From assembly GCA_964016885.1 (NCBI GenBank), contig OZ024742.1, forward strand, positions 290,346,001 through 290,410,000: a stretch of 64,000 bases of DNA, written 5' to 3'. This stretch comes from Eledone cirrhosa (lineage: Eukaryota). Positions 24,687-37,371 of the stretch are shown in pieces (position 1 is the first letter of the stretch; each line of letters starts with the position of its first letter). The notes under the pieces were generated by a model. That model was not told where the DNA came from and did no database searches. It saw only the letters and a list, made by a program, of their open reading frames with translations. The position numbers and the translations under genes were made by a program.

Positions 24687-25634
24687 GTATGTATTTTTTT
24701 TATTTATATTTTATTCATTTGGGTAATGCTTTATTTCCCCATAAATGTGTGTTGTTCTTTAACCCTTTTGATACTAAACTACTTGAAACTGTCTCTGATT
24801 TAAACCAGCTGTGTTTGTCCAGAATTCTCTCACCTCTTTCTGCTCAAACTAGACATAACTGGCTGCTCATGGTTACGTTAAGGTATTGTTCTCAAAATAA
24901 ATAATATCTCAATCTCGTAGATTCAATATTATGTGAGATAATTATGGGAGATAAAGTGTTTACCGAGAAAATACAATAGTAAATATAGAGTAATGTAAAT
25001 GCTAAAAGGTTTTTTTAAAGTTTATTTTTATCAAAAAATCTTCCATTATAATTTTATATAAAAACTGGCCTTGTGCCTAAAGTAGAAACAATTATAATTT
25101 TATATAAAATCTTTTATTATGTTCTAAACACCAGCTTAATAATGCGAAAACTAATTATATTATCAAATTACACCTTGAGTATTTTCAAAATTATTTGAAA
25201 ATCATAGGCAATGTCTTTTATTAGAAATATGGTAACAAAGGTGTTGATATTTACCTAAAAGCTTTCCATCATAATTTTATGTAAGAATCTGTGTATAGTT
25301 GATCCAAACATCTGCTTAATAATGAGAAAGGTACTTCGTTATACTAAATCCCTCAAATATTTTGATTATTTAAAAAATTATTTGAAAAATCATAGGCAGT
25401 ATCTTTCATTATAAATACGGTTTCTGATTTAGGCAATTTTGGGGGATGGGAAAGTCGATTAAATCGACCCATTGCATTACTGGTACTTTATTTTATCTAC
25501 CCACCCTGTAAGAATGAAAGATTTGAACACAGCTACTGTGAACACATATTAATAAATATTTATTGTGAACACATTATATTAATATACATCTATTGTGAAC
25601 TCATTTTAATACACAGCTATTTTGGCACATTTTT

Positions 25635-25886
25635 GTCCTTGAGCAAAACACTTTATTTCACGTTGATCCAATCAACTCAGCTGGCAAAATGAGTTGTATC
25701 TATAATTCGAAGGGCCAGCCTTGTCACATTCTATGTCATGCTGAATCTCCCTGACAACTACGTTTAGGGTTTACATGTTTGTGGAATGCTCAGCCACTTG
25801 CATGTTAATTTCACGATCAGACTGTTCACAGACTGTTCTGTTAATCAGATCAACTGGATCACTTGTCGTAACCGATGGAATGCCAG
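25635..25886 (+). mobile_element. 5'-truncated SINE interrupting the minisatellite
   Basis: GTCCTTGAGCAAAACACTTTATTTCACGTTG...ACTCAGCTG core shared with the copies at 6170 and 59178. Confidence 0.65.
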
Positions 25887-25892
25887 TTTTAT

Positions 25893-28415
25893 TGTGAACA
25901 TGTATTAATATACATCCAGTGTGAACATGTATTAATATACAGCTATTGTGAACATGTATTAATATACAGCCAGTGTGAACATGTATTAATATACATCCAG
26001 TGTGAACATGTATTAATATACAGCTATTGTGAACATGTATTAATATACATCCAGTGTGAACATGTATTAATATACAGCTATTGTGAACATATATTAATAT
26101 ACATCCAGTGTGAACATATATTAATATACAGCTATTGTGAACATGTATTAATATACAGCCAGTGTTAACATGTATTAATATACATCCAGTGTGAACATGT
26201 ATTAATATACAGCTATTGTGAATATATATTGATATATAGCTATTGTGAACATGTATTAATATACATCCAGTGTGAACATGTATTAATATACAGCTATTGT
26301 GAACATGTATTAATATACAGCCAGTGTGAACATATATTAATATACAGCTAGTGTGAATATATATTGATATATAGCTATTGTGAACATGTATTAATATACA
26401 GCCAGTGTGAACATGTATTAATATACAGCCAGTGTGAACATATATTGATATACAGCTATTGTGAATATATATTAATATACATCCAGTGTGAACATATATT
26501 AATATACAGCTAGTGTGAATATATATTGATATATAGCTATTGTGAACATGTATTAATATACAGCTATTGTGAACATATATTAATATACAGCCAGTGTGAA
26601 CATGTATTAATATACATCCAGTGTGAACATATATTGATATACTGCCAGTGTGAACATGTATTAATATACAGCTATTGTGAACATGTATTAATATACAGCC
26701 AGTGTGAACATGTATTAATATACAGCCAGTGTGAACATATATTAATATACAGCTATTGTGAACATGTATTAATATACAGCCAGTGTGAACATGTATTAAT
26801 ATACAGCTAGTGTGAACATGTATTAATATACAGCTATTGTGAACATGTATTAATATACAGCCAGTGTGAACATATATTAATATACAGCTATTGTGAACAT
26901 GTATTAATATACAGCCAGTGTGAACATGTATTAATATACAGCTAGTGTGAACATGTATTAATATACAGCTAGTGTGAACATGTATTAATATACAGCTATT
27001 GTGAACATGTATTAATATACAGCCAGTGTGAACATGTATTAATATACAGCCAGTGTGAATATATATTAATATACAGCCAGTGTGAACATGTATTAATATA
27101 CAGCTATTGTGAACATGTATTAATATACAGCTATTGTGAACATGTATTAATATACAGCTATTGTGAACATGTATTAATATACAGCTAGTGTGAACATGTA
27201 TTAATATACAGCTATTGTGAACATGTATTAATATACAGCTATTGTGAACATGTATTAATATACAGCCAGTGTGAACATGTATTAATATACATCCAGTGTG
27301 AACATGTATTAATATACATCCAGTGTGAACATATATTAATATACATCCAGTGTGAACATGTATTAATATACAGCCAGTGTGAACATGTATTAATATACAG
27401 CTATTGTGAACATGTATTAATATACAGCCAGTGTGAATATATATTAATATACAGCTATTGTGAACATGTATTAATATACAGCTAGTGTGAACATGTATTA
27501 ATATACAGCTATTGTGAACATGTATTAATATACAGCTATTGTGAACATATATTAATATACATCCAGTGTGAACATGTATTAATATACAGCCAGTGTGAAC
27601 ATGTATTAATATACAGCTATTGTGAACATGTATTAATATACAGCCAGTGTGAATATATATTAATATACAGCTATTGTGAACATGTATTAATATACAGCTA
27701 TTGTGAACATATATTAATATACATCCAGTGTGAACATGTATTAATATACAGCCAGTGTGAACATGTATTAATATACAGCTATTGTGAACATGTATTAATA
27801 TACAGCCAGTGTGAATATATATTAATATACAGCTATTGTGAACATGTATTAATATACAGCTATTGTGAACATGTATTAATATACAGCCAGTGTGAATATA
27901 TATTAATATACAGCTATTGTGAACATGTATTAATATACAGCTATTGTGAACATATATTAATATACATCCAGTGTGAACATGTATTAATATACATCCAGTG
28001 TGAACATGTATTAATATACAGCTATTGTGAACATGTATTAATATACATCCAGTGTGAACATGTAATAATATACAGCTAGTGTGAATATATATTAATATAC
28101 AGCTATTGTGAACATATATTAATATACATCCAGTGTGAATATATATTAATATACAGCTATTGTGAACATATATTAATATACAGCCAGTGTGAATATATAT
28201 TAATATACAGCTATTGTGAACATATATTAATATACAGCCAGTGTGAATATATATTAATATATAGCTATTGTGAACATATATTAATATACATCCAGTGTGA
28301 ACATGTATTAATATACATCCAGTGTGAACATGTATTAATATACAGCTATTGTGAACATGTATTAATATACAGCCAGTGTGAATATATATTAATATACAGC
28401 TATTGTGAACATATA
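25893..28415. repeat. 27-bp minisatellite, about 93 copies, TGTGAACATGTATTAATATACA(G/T)C(T/C)A(T/G)
   Basis: Directly visible; 9-aa periodic ORFs (CEHVLIYSY/IQ/SQ). Three or four degenerate units at about 25530-25620 are cut off from the array by a SINE fragment. Confidence 0.98.
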
Positions 28416-28505
28416 ATTATTTGAAAAATATAAGCAATATCCTTCATTAGAAATATGGTAACAAAAGGGTTAATGATATATATACATTCTCTGTATTTAT
28501 AAAAG

Positions 28506-28739
28506 ATTTTGAAGATGTCAAGAAGGCATGTTTGAAGAACAGCTTAATGGAAAATCATCTGACTGTGGATAAGTGTAAAGAAATAAATAGTATTCTGGTG
28601 AAAACAACTTCACCGACTACCTCTTCCATTATTCAATGCTATTTTGAAAACAAGAATAAAAGTTCTGGTGGACTCCTTGCTTCAAAACCTGAAGAAGTAA
28701 CTAACAATACTTATATGGTAACTTTTCAAGAGAAATCAG
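28506..28739 (+). CDS. Exon encoding a PARP14/PARP10/NMI-IFI35-type RRM-like (NID) domain
   Basis: DFEDVKKACLKNSLMENHLTVDKCKEINSILV...IIQCYFENKNKSSGG...YMVTFQEKS matches the LYFENxxRSGGG...A/VxVTF pattern. AG acceptor at 28504-28505, donor G|GTAAGT at 28739/28740. Confidence 0.78.
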
Positions 28740-29334
28740 GTAAGTTGTTTTCCGCTCTCTCTTTTTATCTGGTCTCCCACACAGTACTGGGTGTTGTTGT
28801 TGTTGCTGCTGCTGCTGTTGTTGTTGTTAGGGCAATTGTTTGGCAGAATCATTATAGTATTGGACAAAATGTCTTGTGGTAAGGGCCAGTGGTACCATTA
28901 AGGTTAACTAACAGCAAGGCCAGATTCCGACCTTGGGGGTCCTGGAGCACTTCAGGTTTGGTGTCCTCTTTCATACACTAAAATAGAATACACAGAAAAC
29001 CTTCAAATTTACATATCAAAATCTTCTTACTTCATGTAATTGGAATTGACAAGTTGTATATACATACAAATGTTAAATGGAAAATATAACATGGAAATGT
29101 ATATATATACAAATGGAAATATATATAATATGTAAATGCTAAATGTTATACATAAATATACTGAGCAATTAGTGTCAGTGCTGTTGCAGAGTTACACTAA
29201 AAACTTAGGTAAAAACATCCCACATCTATCATAGGACAGTAAAAAAATCTGTCAATGCTAAACATTATCTAAACTAAGTAGAGTAAGTTATGCCTATTTA
29301 GATCTAAGTGCATCACTACAATACCGACAAAAAG

Positions 29335-31090
29335 TATTTCTACACTTGGCATTTGCAAAATCTTTAACTAACTCATTAAACTGCATCATCTTCAGAACAC
29401 TGCTTTCTACATCCTGTAGGCACAGAGCACTTAGTCCTTATGAGGGCCAATTTGTTGAATTATTTCTCTCCTGGACACCTAGTAACTATCAAGCTCAAAT
29501 ATGTTATAAGCACTTCATCAACACTTGGAAGAGTATCAGTAAAACTGACTGTTGAGATGGCATGAATCATGACCTGAACTTGGAAAAGGCTGCAAAGTGG
29601 ACAAGTTCTATTAACACATTACTAAAATCATAGGGAAAAGTAGTGATAAGTTATTCAGCTTCAGTTCTTATCTCTGCACGAGGGAAGCTACAGAAGTTTA
29701 CTATTGTTTGAACTTGTCATGCACTAATTCATAAGCTACCCTATGGACTAGGTGCTTTTGCATAACCACCCTACAGGTTGGATTGGATTAGGTGTGTGTT
29801 TTTGTGGCACCACAGCACAGTGGGAGAGAAAGTGACATATCAAATGGGTGGCCTTGAAGAGAATGAACTGTGCTTGGTAGTGTATTGTGGAATGTGCCCA
29901 GTTTTCCATGCATGAGTTGGACTGAAAAGGTGTATTAGAAATTTGGCAGGGAATAGGTGGGAGCACATCATTATCATTGTTAAACATCTTTTGCCAGACA
30001 GTCTATCACATTCTGTGACTAGGCTGGACAGGTGACTACAACCAGTTTATATGTTGTTTTGTTTTGGTATTACCTCTGTTGGCTTGATGCCCTCCCTAAC
30101 TCCATTAGAGCATTTTATCATGCTACAGAGTGGGACATGTCCAGCTTTCCATGTTGGCATTAGTTGAATGTGGAAAAGGGGAGGTGTATCCATCTCTGTG
30201 TTGGTATGGGTTAGGCTAGTATAGGAGGAGACTGGCTGTCTTTACATGTTAGAAAGAGTTGGACAGGATGAGCAAGGTGTGGGAAGAACTAGGCATTAAA
30301 AGTCCCACAGCTGAGTTTTTTTTTGGGGGGGGGGGGGGTGACAACCTCTTCTGAGACTGATGTTGAATTTACATCATATTTGATTCTTTTTCTTAGCAGC
30401 CTCCTGGCTGTCATTTTATAGTCTGTGATGGCATCCAGTTTCAATTCTTCATACCTATTCCGAATGAATCTCAGAAACTTTTCCAGAATCAGTTAGATCC
30501 ACCACATTATTCAGGTCAACTTTAACTCTTTGAAAAGTTTTATTTGTGCTGTTGAAGTACAAGAATGAAGTTCCATCTTTTGGCCATCAGAGCAATTTCA
30601 AGATTTCATTTTGTTTGCCAATTGTCTGTACTTCATATCTTGCTTCAGGTGTTTGCTCCAAGTCACTTTCAATATCTTAGAATGTATTTTCAATGCAGTT
30701 GTACCCATCTATGTGGACTTCAGTAATTTTAACTCTTGCTGACCAATGTATGTGTAACAACAACTTTCTAGTTAATGTTTATATATATCCTTTCAAAGAC
30801 TTCATTAGATTTGCTTGTCTCTGTGTTGATGCAAACAAACAAAGTGTATCAAGCCAAAATAACTGACAGCTTCAGTACAACAGTAAGTAATAGCCTGTTC
30901 AACATGATTCACTGAATTAGCAGCATATGGAGTAGAGACTGCTGCTGCATTCTTATCCTTAAGTCAAGCTTGCATTTCTGTATAGTGACCAGAAATATTG
31001 TTGGTATTGTCATAGGACAACCCACTGCAGTTTTCAAAATCAATTTCTTCAGTTTTTAGAAATTCTATCTAAGAGGTAGCTAGTACTTCG
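29335..31090 (-). pseudogene. Heavily decayed hAT (ZMYM1/DUF4371-like) transposase, interrupted by other repeats
   Basis: Minus strand at about 30900-31050 reads EIDFENCSGLSYDNTNNISGHY...TPYAANSVNHV (compare CRGQSYDNASNMSG...PCAAHSLNLV). At about 29340-29410 it reads VESSVLK...FNELVKDFANAKCR, the end of the hAT dimerization region. Confidence 0.72.
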
Positions 31091-32128
31091 GCCTTGTGAG
31101 AACCAGCTTGCAGGAAAATAAGAAAAAAAATTTCTACTGGGCCTCCAGTGGATGATGTCTGACACATTGTGGGATATGCTTGGCTTCCCTTGAGGGACTA
31201 AAAGAGGGTGTTTATATGCTACTTGCAGTGGGGTGGGGGTGGAGGCCACGAGATTATAGGTGGATGTCAGGGGCAAAAGGTTAACTGATCAACGTGAGCC
31301 ATATTTGCTGTTGAATCATCTTCAAACGTGATTTTATATGAGAACCATATGTTAAGTTGCCATCTTAACCTTTAGCATGCTGAATTTTTTTAATGAATTG
31401 CTTCCCTTGACCTTGCATTATATATTAAGGGGAGATCACTCTATTAGTGACATAAGATGTCTAGAGTGTTCAGAAGGTTAATAATGAAATAATTAATAAT
31501 TTTACAAAATCCTTCAAAATTCTTCATTATTTAATTGAAATACTGCATTTCATTAAAAATATTGGATCAATATTTCATTTACAAAAGAAACAATAAAAAA
31601 AGAAGGAAAAAATGGCAACACATGCACACTCAGTTGCACACTACAGATAGAAAATGCTGTATCGCTTATAAAAACTCTTTGAAGAAAGTGAAGACAGTTT
31701 CAGCATTACTGTGAGTGATAGCGAAACTAAGACACTGAAATAACTAAGCTTCCTCATGAGCATCATCTTATATTTCAGTAAAATATGTCATCAATGATGA
31801 CAAAAACATTGCTGTCAGAAGTCCAGCTGTTGCAAATGCTCAATTACCACAGAGAAATAGGATTTACCAAATGAAATTGGTTTTTTCAGTAGTTTATTCA
31901 CCACCTTCACAGTAGTATATAGGATGTAAGATAGAGTGAAAGAGTCACTGATAGTGGCATCTTATCGAACCTATGGGCAAATTGTAAGACCACCAAACCT
32001 CTTCCCATTAAACCATATATTTGTTGATACAGCTCTCACCTGTAGCTGACCTCCTTTGAGGCTGTATCTCCTAGGGAGTTTCTCAGGAGTTTTAATGATA
32101 AGGGTCCCAGTTCTATCATATATATATA

Positions 32129-32971
32129 TCATCATCATCATCACCGTTTTACGTCCGTTCTTCCACGCTAGCATGGGTTAGACGGGTTGTCCTGTTGTGG
32201 GCAGTGTCTGGTCGGCTGACCATGCCTTGCTCATACAGGAACTGATCTGGCTTGATTTCTACAGCTGGATGCCCTTCCTAACACCAACCTCATTTACAGT
32301 GAGTGCTGGGTGCTTTTTCGTGGCGCCTACACGTCCACTTTACAGTGTGGGCTGGGTGCTTTTTTGCCGTGGCACCTCCACGACCACCTTGCGGTGGGGG
32401 GGGGGGGGGGGGGGGGGGGGCATATTGTTTATATGCTTCAGCATGTACCCATGGGAGGTCGGGTACCCTGTATTACTGCGTGACGCCAGAAGTCACGGTC
32501 GTGTGTCATTGACTTTGAGAGGTGTAGTTGGGTAAGGTCGGCTTTTATCACCTCATCCCAAGTCATCTTGGGTCTCCCCACTCCGCGGTTTCCATCAACT
32601 TCTAGTGCTCTGCACCTTTTTATGCAGCTGTCATCCTTCATACGCATCACATGTCCATACCAGCGTAACCGCCTCTCCTGCACGCAGCATTTGATTCCTC
32701 TTATGCTCAGTCTCTCTCTCAATTCATTTATGCTTTGTCGTTCACGTATATTACTGTTACACATCCATCGGAGCATGCAGGCTTCGTTTCTCTCTAATCT
32801 ACGTAAGTCTTCCACCTTCAGCGCCGAGGTCTCACTACCATGCAACATCGCTGTTCGGATACACGCATCATACAGTCTGCCTTTCATTCTGAGGGAGAAG
32901 CCTTTTGCAGCTAGCAGTGGTAGTAGTTCCCTAAACTTCTTCCATCCCGTTCTTACCCTAGTTATTGTACT
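32129..32971 (-). mobile_element. RTE LINE family B, 5'-truncated
   Basis: ORF 32438-32887 is nearly identical to 61589-62038. (GAT)n tail, flanked by (TA)n on both sides. Confidence 0.93.
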
Positions 32972-33207
32972 ATATATATATATATTTCGTTTCTAAATTT
33001 GTTTAGCAAGATTGTTTATCTGAAATCGTGTGTTGAAACCGATATTGTTATACTTTGGGAGGGTCATGTTGCCAATAAGAAACACACGCACCAGTTGCTT
33101 TCACTTCAATTTATTATATATTTATAAATTTATAAATTTACAAATCTACAAACTTATAAATTTCTGGTTGGTTGGTTGGTTCCACAACCAGATAGGTGTT
33201 TATATAT

Positions 33208-33252
33208 AGTCATAGTCCTTTCGTCACACACTCTGTGACCTCTTCAGTGACT
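33208..33252 (-). ncRNA. Type I minimal hammerhead ribozyme
   Basis: AGUCA-CUGAAGA-G-GUCACA(GAGUG)UGUGAC-GAAA-GGAC-UA|UGACU: intact core, 5-bp helix I, 6-bp helix II, minimal helix III, CUA cleavage triplet. Confidence 0.85.
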
Positions 33253-33538
33253 GGGGATTCCTTTCTTTGTTTCTGTGCCTCTCTTTTGTTCTGTCCTACG
33301 CCATTTTGTTTCTGTGTGTGTGTTGTGTGCTCAGTCTGCGCATGCGCCACATCCGGGTGTCTGTGTGTGTTTATGTTCATTTATTTATTTGTTTATTTAC
33401 ATGTTACTGGTTGGTTGTTTGTTCTATGTGTGTGTGTGTTTCATTTTGTCCTTAATTGTAAGTTGTGATGTTGCTGTTCCACTCATATTTTCTATTTAAT
33501 TTTGGTTGTAATTCTTTTATGTTTATTGCCTCTGTAAT

Positions 33539-35425
33539 TTATCTAAACATTGCGTCTTTTCTGTGTGTAGATTCTATTTTTATTTCTATGTTCTCTAATT
33601 TACCCTTGTGTTCTATCTTAGCATGTTGGTAGAGTACAGATGATTCTTTATTATCTTGAAGGTCTCGCCAGTGTTCATTTATCCGTTCCACTACACTACG
33701 AGCTGTCTCACCTATGTACACTATATTTTTGTCTCTACATTGTCCTTCAGTACATCTTATGCTATACACTACATTTCTAGTTTTACAGTTAATATGGGGG
33801 CTTATTTTACAGGTTATACATTTCTTATCTATACATGAGGGTCTTTGAAAAGGGTATGTCTTGCTAATAAGTGTTTTTACGGAGGTACCTGGTCTTTCTA
33901 CTATCTTAATATTGAGTTTATGTTTATTTAGGGCCCTTCTAAATTTGTAAGCTAATTCACCTCTAGGGGTTGTATTGATGAACATTACACTCTGGTATTT
34001 ATTGCTATCATACCATGAGTTTATTCTATTAGCCTTGTTCCTAGTTCTTTCTATCCTATTCCAAAATTTGCTCCTATACAAGGGGCAGGTCCCATTTATG
34101 TCATTATTTACCATTTTTTCCCATTTGGTTCTGGCTCCTCTATACACTCTGATTTTATCTCTCTGATTGTAGCCAGTGAACTGCATACGGTGGATGAAGT
34201 GTTGTATGTGTCTCTCTAGTTCTTCGGGGTTGCACATGCGGGACACATTTCTCATCACCCGTACCAAATCCGCAATCAGTATGTTGATTTTGGTATGGTC
34301 CGAAATGGCCGAGTTTCGGTGGATCAGATATTTGGAAGTCATGGGTTTGGCATAATGGGAATGGAGGATTTGTGTTTGGTTGTTAATGGTATCTAACCAG
34401 AGCTCTGTGTCTAGTACAGGTAATCGATGGTTGGGGTGTTTACTTGGGTAGTCTATAGTAACTCTAATGCTCTGGTGGATGGAGTTTGCTATTTGCTGGA
34501 TGCTTTCCATTGTGTTTTTCTCTAGTTCCTGACTGTTCTCTAGTGGGGGTGTCTTAACTACGATGTTTATATCATCTACATAGCGGGAGTACATTATCAG
34601 GGTTAAGGGGTCTTCTAATTGTTCTTTAAGTTTAAGTTTAAGTCTACTGTCCCACCATACCATGAATAAGTTAGCTATGTCGCCTGCAATGCTAACACCA
34701 ATGGCTGCTCCTTCCTCTTGGGCATATGTTTTTCCATTAAATTTGAACATATGTTCCTTAAGGGTTAGTTTTATGCTGGCCCCTACCACATGTGCAATCA
34801 TTTTCTTCAGTTCATCGTGGTTTTCGGGTGTCCGTATGGCTCTGGTCCACCCGTTCCATCTATCTGTGTGGGTTTTCTTGGCAATTGAGGTAATGGTAGG
34901 TGGTCTGCCTCTTGCTGGTCTTGTAGGGCACAGGTTGCTAAGGTCATATGTGTCTAGGTAATTATTACTATAGGTAAGCTTAAGTAGGAGTCCCAGCTCA
35001 CTGGTATCAATCCCACGGAACTCAACCTTGCTCTCACTGATCATCTCTACGCATTTCTCCACAGCAAAATCCACGTCAATAGATGGATACAGGGACACAA
35101 CATCCATACTGCCTATTATGCAGTTTGTTAGGTCCCCAGATCGGTTACTCTTGCCGATTCTGCTGAGGAGGTCCTCCGTGCTGTCACATACATCTGGGGA
35201 CATTTCAATGATGGGGCGTACGATCAGGGAGAGGAAGTAGGACAGTCTGTAGTTACTAGCAATGTTAGCCCCACAGACTGGCCGTGTTGGTGGTCCCGCG
35301 ACAGGGTCCCAGCCAGTTTTATGGTCTTTTCGAAGCCCATACAACGCCGGCACGTCATTGTTCCAGGCCTGGAAGTTGTTGGCAGTCCTTTTGTTGGGCT
35401 GCATTATATTCGTCCACATCACCAT
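33539..35425 (-). CDS. PLE reverse transcriptase-GIY-YIG endonuclease ORF (N-truncated; premature TAA near the C-terminus)
   Basis: 628-aa open frame. The frame continues past the TAA as ITEAINIKELQPKLNRKYEW, the expected GIY-YIG tail. Confidence 0.85.
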   Translation of the reverse strand: MVMWTNIMQPNKRTANNFQAWNNDVPALYGLRKDHKTGWDPVAGPPTRPVCGANIASNYRLSYFLSLIVRPIIEMSPDVCDSTEDLLSRIGKSNRSGDLTNCIIGSMDVVSLYPSIDVDFAVEKCVEMISESKVEFRGIDTSELGLLLKLTYSNNYLDTYDLSNLCPTRPARGRPPTITSIAKKTHTDRWNGWTRAIRTPENHDELKKMIAHVVGASIKLTLKEHMFKFNGKTYAQEEGAAIGVSIAGDIANLFMVWWDSRLKLKLKEQLEDPLTLIMYSRYVDDINIVVKTPPLENSQELEKNTMESIQQIANSIHQSIRVTIDYPSKHPNHRLPVLDTELWLDTINNQTQILHSHYAKPMTSKYLIHRNSAISDHTKINILIADLVRVMRNVSRMCNPEELERHIQHFIHRMQFTGYNQRDKIRVYRGARTKWEKMVNNDINGTCPLYRSKFWNRIERTRNKANRINSWYDSNKYQSVMFINTTPRGELAYKFRRALNKHKLNIKIVERPGTSVKTLISKTYPFQRPSCIDKKCITCKISPHINCKTRNVVYSIRCTEGQCRDKNIVYIGETARSVVERINEHWRDLQDNKESSVLYQHAKIEHKGKLENIEIKIESTHRKDAMFR

Positions 35426-35809
35426 ATGGGCATTGAGGGCTTTTTCTCTATCCTCATGCTCCTATGAGGATAGTTATGAAAAGTTACATACAGGTAAACG
35501 TGGCTTGAAAGCGAATAAGCTTATCAATTAAGTGCATAAAGCAGTTGAACCGGTTATTAAAAGTCACGAACCAATTAGCATTTTGGACAATCAATGATGG
35601 GTTAATAATCTTCCAATAACAAATTTAGCAGACCAAAGTTGCAAGATGGTGGCCCTGATGCCGCTGGGTGTCAGATCTGTCCGCCATGGGTGACCCTACC
35701 AGGAAATAGTTTTCCAGATGGCATAGCTCCAATACCTCCAACACCTGCACCAACATCTATAGCACCTCTTTGTAGACGATATTGCGTGTCATCCCTTGAG
35801 GAATGTAAG

Positions 35810-37049
35810 CAAAAAAGTCCATTCCTGCTCCCTACGCGGGAACAGGCAACATAAAGTTGGCCATGGGAGAAGCATGGCTCCCCCAAATGGATGCCCGCCA
35901 CCGACAATGGTTGCACTTGTGACTTGTTAATGGACATGGGAAAACATGGTCTCACCAGGAATTGGGATCGTCGGAAATCGAACGGGATATCTGACGCCGA
36001 GGGGAAAAGGTTCATCCTTAGCAGTGTATTCGGCAGAATTACCAGAAGTACAACACTATGGGTGTTGTCATATTAATATTTAACCAATTAAAGTCATAAA
36101 AAATAAATAATTTAAACATTCCGATTCATATGTCTATAGCAATAATCTGTTATATGAAGTGTTAATTTGCAGGTTGTTATTTGCAATAAGGCGATTTAAA
36201 ATGCCCCAGAAAAGCCGTATGTCAATACAGAACTCCAATGACTCCCCCAGCAGTTAAATTATAGAGAGGGGGAATAATCTATTATAGAGAGAGGGAAGAG
36301 CGACGGAGATAGTAAAGCTAAGAAACTATAAGGAGGTGTGTAAAACAGTGTTGTCATATAGAAAGTGAAGAGCGACAGAGAGAGTAAAGCAGTTAGTTAA
36401 ATTATAGAGAGAGGGAATGATCTATTATAGAGAGAGGGAAGAGCGACAGAGAGAGTAAAGCTAAGAAACTATAGGGAGGTGTGTTAAACCTCAAAGCATG
36501 AAGAGAGTAAAGCAGTTAAATTATAGAGAGGGGGAATAATCTATGATAGAGAGAGGGAAGAGCGACGGAGAGAGTAAAGCTATGTTTGTTGTATAAATTG
36601 ATGTGTTGCTTAGTTTTCAAAGTTTATGTCGTGTTGATAGGGTAGTAGAGAGTGGCATTAACCTTTTAAAGAGAGTTGCAGAGGAAATTGAGAGGGGAGT
36701 AGAGGGAGGGATGAACCTTTTAAAGAGAGTTGCAGAGGAGATTGAGTGGATTAGAGGGAGGGACGAACCTTTTAAAGAGAGTTGAAACATGTATGTAGTT
36801 TCATAGATTGAGGGTAGTAGAGAGAGGCATTAAGCGTGTAAGAGAGAGGGTTACAGCATGTATTTAGTTTTATCGATTTCTTTCATAGAAGCAGGAAATT
36901 ATTTGGCAAAGTTTATTACGCGTTGACGATCGTTGGTAAATTTGGAACACATAGGAAACAAAATCATCAAAATCGGTAGAGAAATGTGGAAATGCATAAA
37001 AATCATACACACACACAGACAGACATCTTCTGTTTTACATATATACAGA
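35810..37049 (-). mobile_element. Non-autonomous Helitron-like element with a helicase C-terminal fragment and internal tandem repeats
   Basis: Minus 5' end A|TCTGTATATATGTAAAACAGAAGATGTCTGTCTG at 37049. Repeat blocks at 36250-36585 and 36640-36850. Pif1 motifs MSINKSQ and FSHGQLYVACSRV at 35810-36010. 3' end not found. Confidence 0.65.
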
Positions 37050-37371
37050 TATATATGTATATATCATCATCATCGTTTTTATGTCAGTTTTTCTGCATTT
37101 GTATGGGTTGAACAGGACCTTCTTAACACCACATTGCTTAGGTTACTTCATCATCTCTGTGAATTTCAGCAATTTCAGGTCAGCTCTCACCACCTCTGCT
37201 CAGGTCTTTCTTTACTTACCTCTATGTTGCTTCCTTTCACTGGGAATTCCAGGCATGTGTATGAGTATGTATATATATATATCATCATCATCCTCATCAT
37301 CATCATCATCATCATCATCGTATATATATATATAGGGCCTAGCTAAGTGCCTCTATATATAGGGCCTAGCT

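Larger units (their letters stand above)
24759..28473. mobile_element. piggyBac-like non-autonomous element bracketing the minisatellite
   Basis: TTAA-CCCTTTTGATAC ... GTAACAAAAGGG-TTAA: 12-bp TIR with one mismatch and a TTAA TSD. A subterminal block is repeated at about 25190, 25378 and 28417. Confidence 0.55.
33180..35450 (-). mobile_element. Penelope-like element 1 (RT + GIY-YIG), 5'-truncated; Neptune/Naiad-like by motif style
   Basis: ORF 33539-35425 has SMDVVSLYPSI, GAAIG, YSRYVDD, a Cys-rich linker and NVVYSIRC...YIGETAR...RINEH. Hammerhead motif in the 3' UTR. Confidence 0.93.

Noticed and set aside
25875-26810. ORFs encoding CEHVLIYSY repeat proteins
   Set aside because: Translation artefact of a 27-bp satellite, with frequent in-frame TAG variants and no splice support.
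33539-33541. Programmed readthrough or selenocysteine in PLE 1
   Set aside because: The codon is TAA, most simply a CAA->TAA mutation, not UGA.
35810-36010. The missing C-terminus of the 376-5650 Helitron helicase, displaced
   Set aside because: Complementary in motif content, but on the opposite strand, 30 kb away, higher in GC and in its own Helitron-like context; more likely another family.
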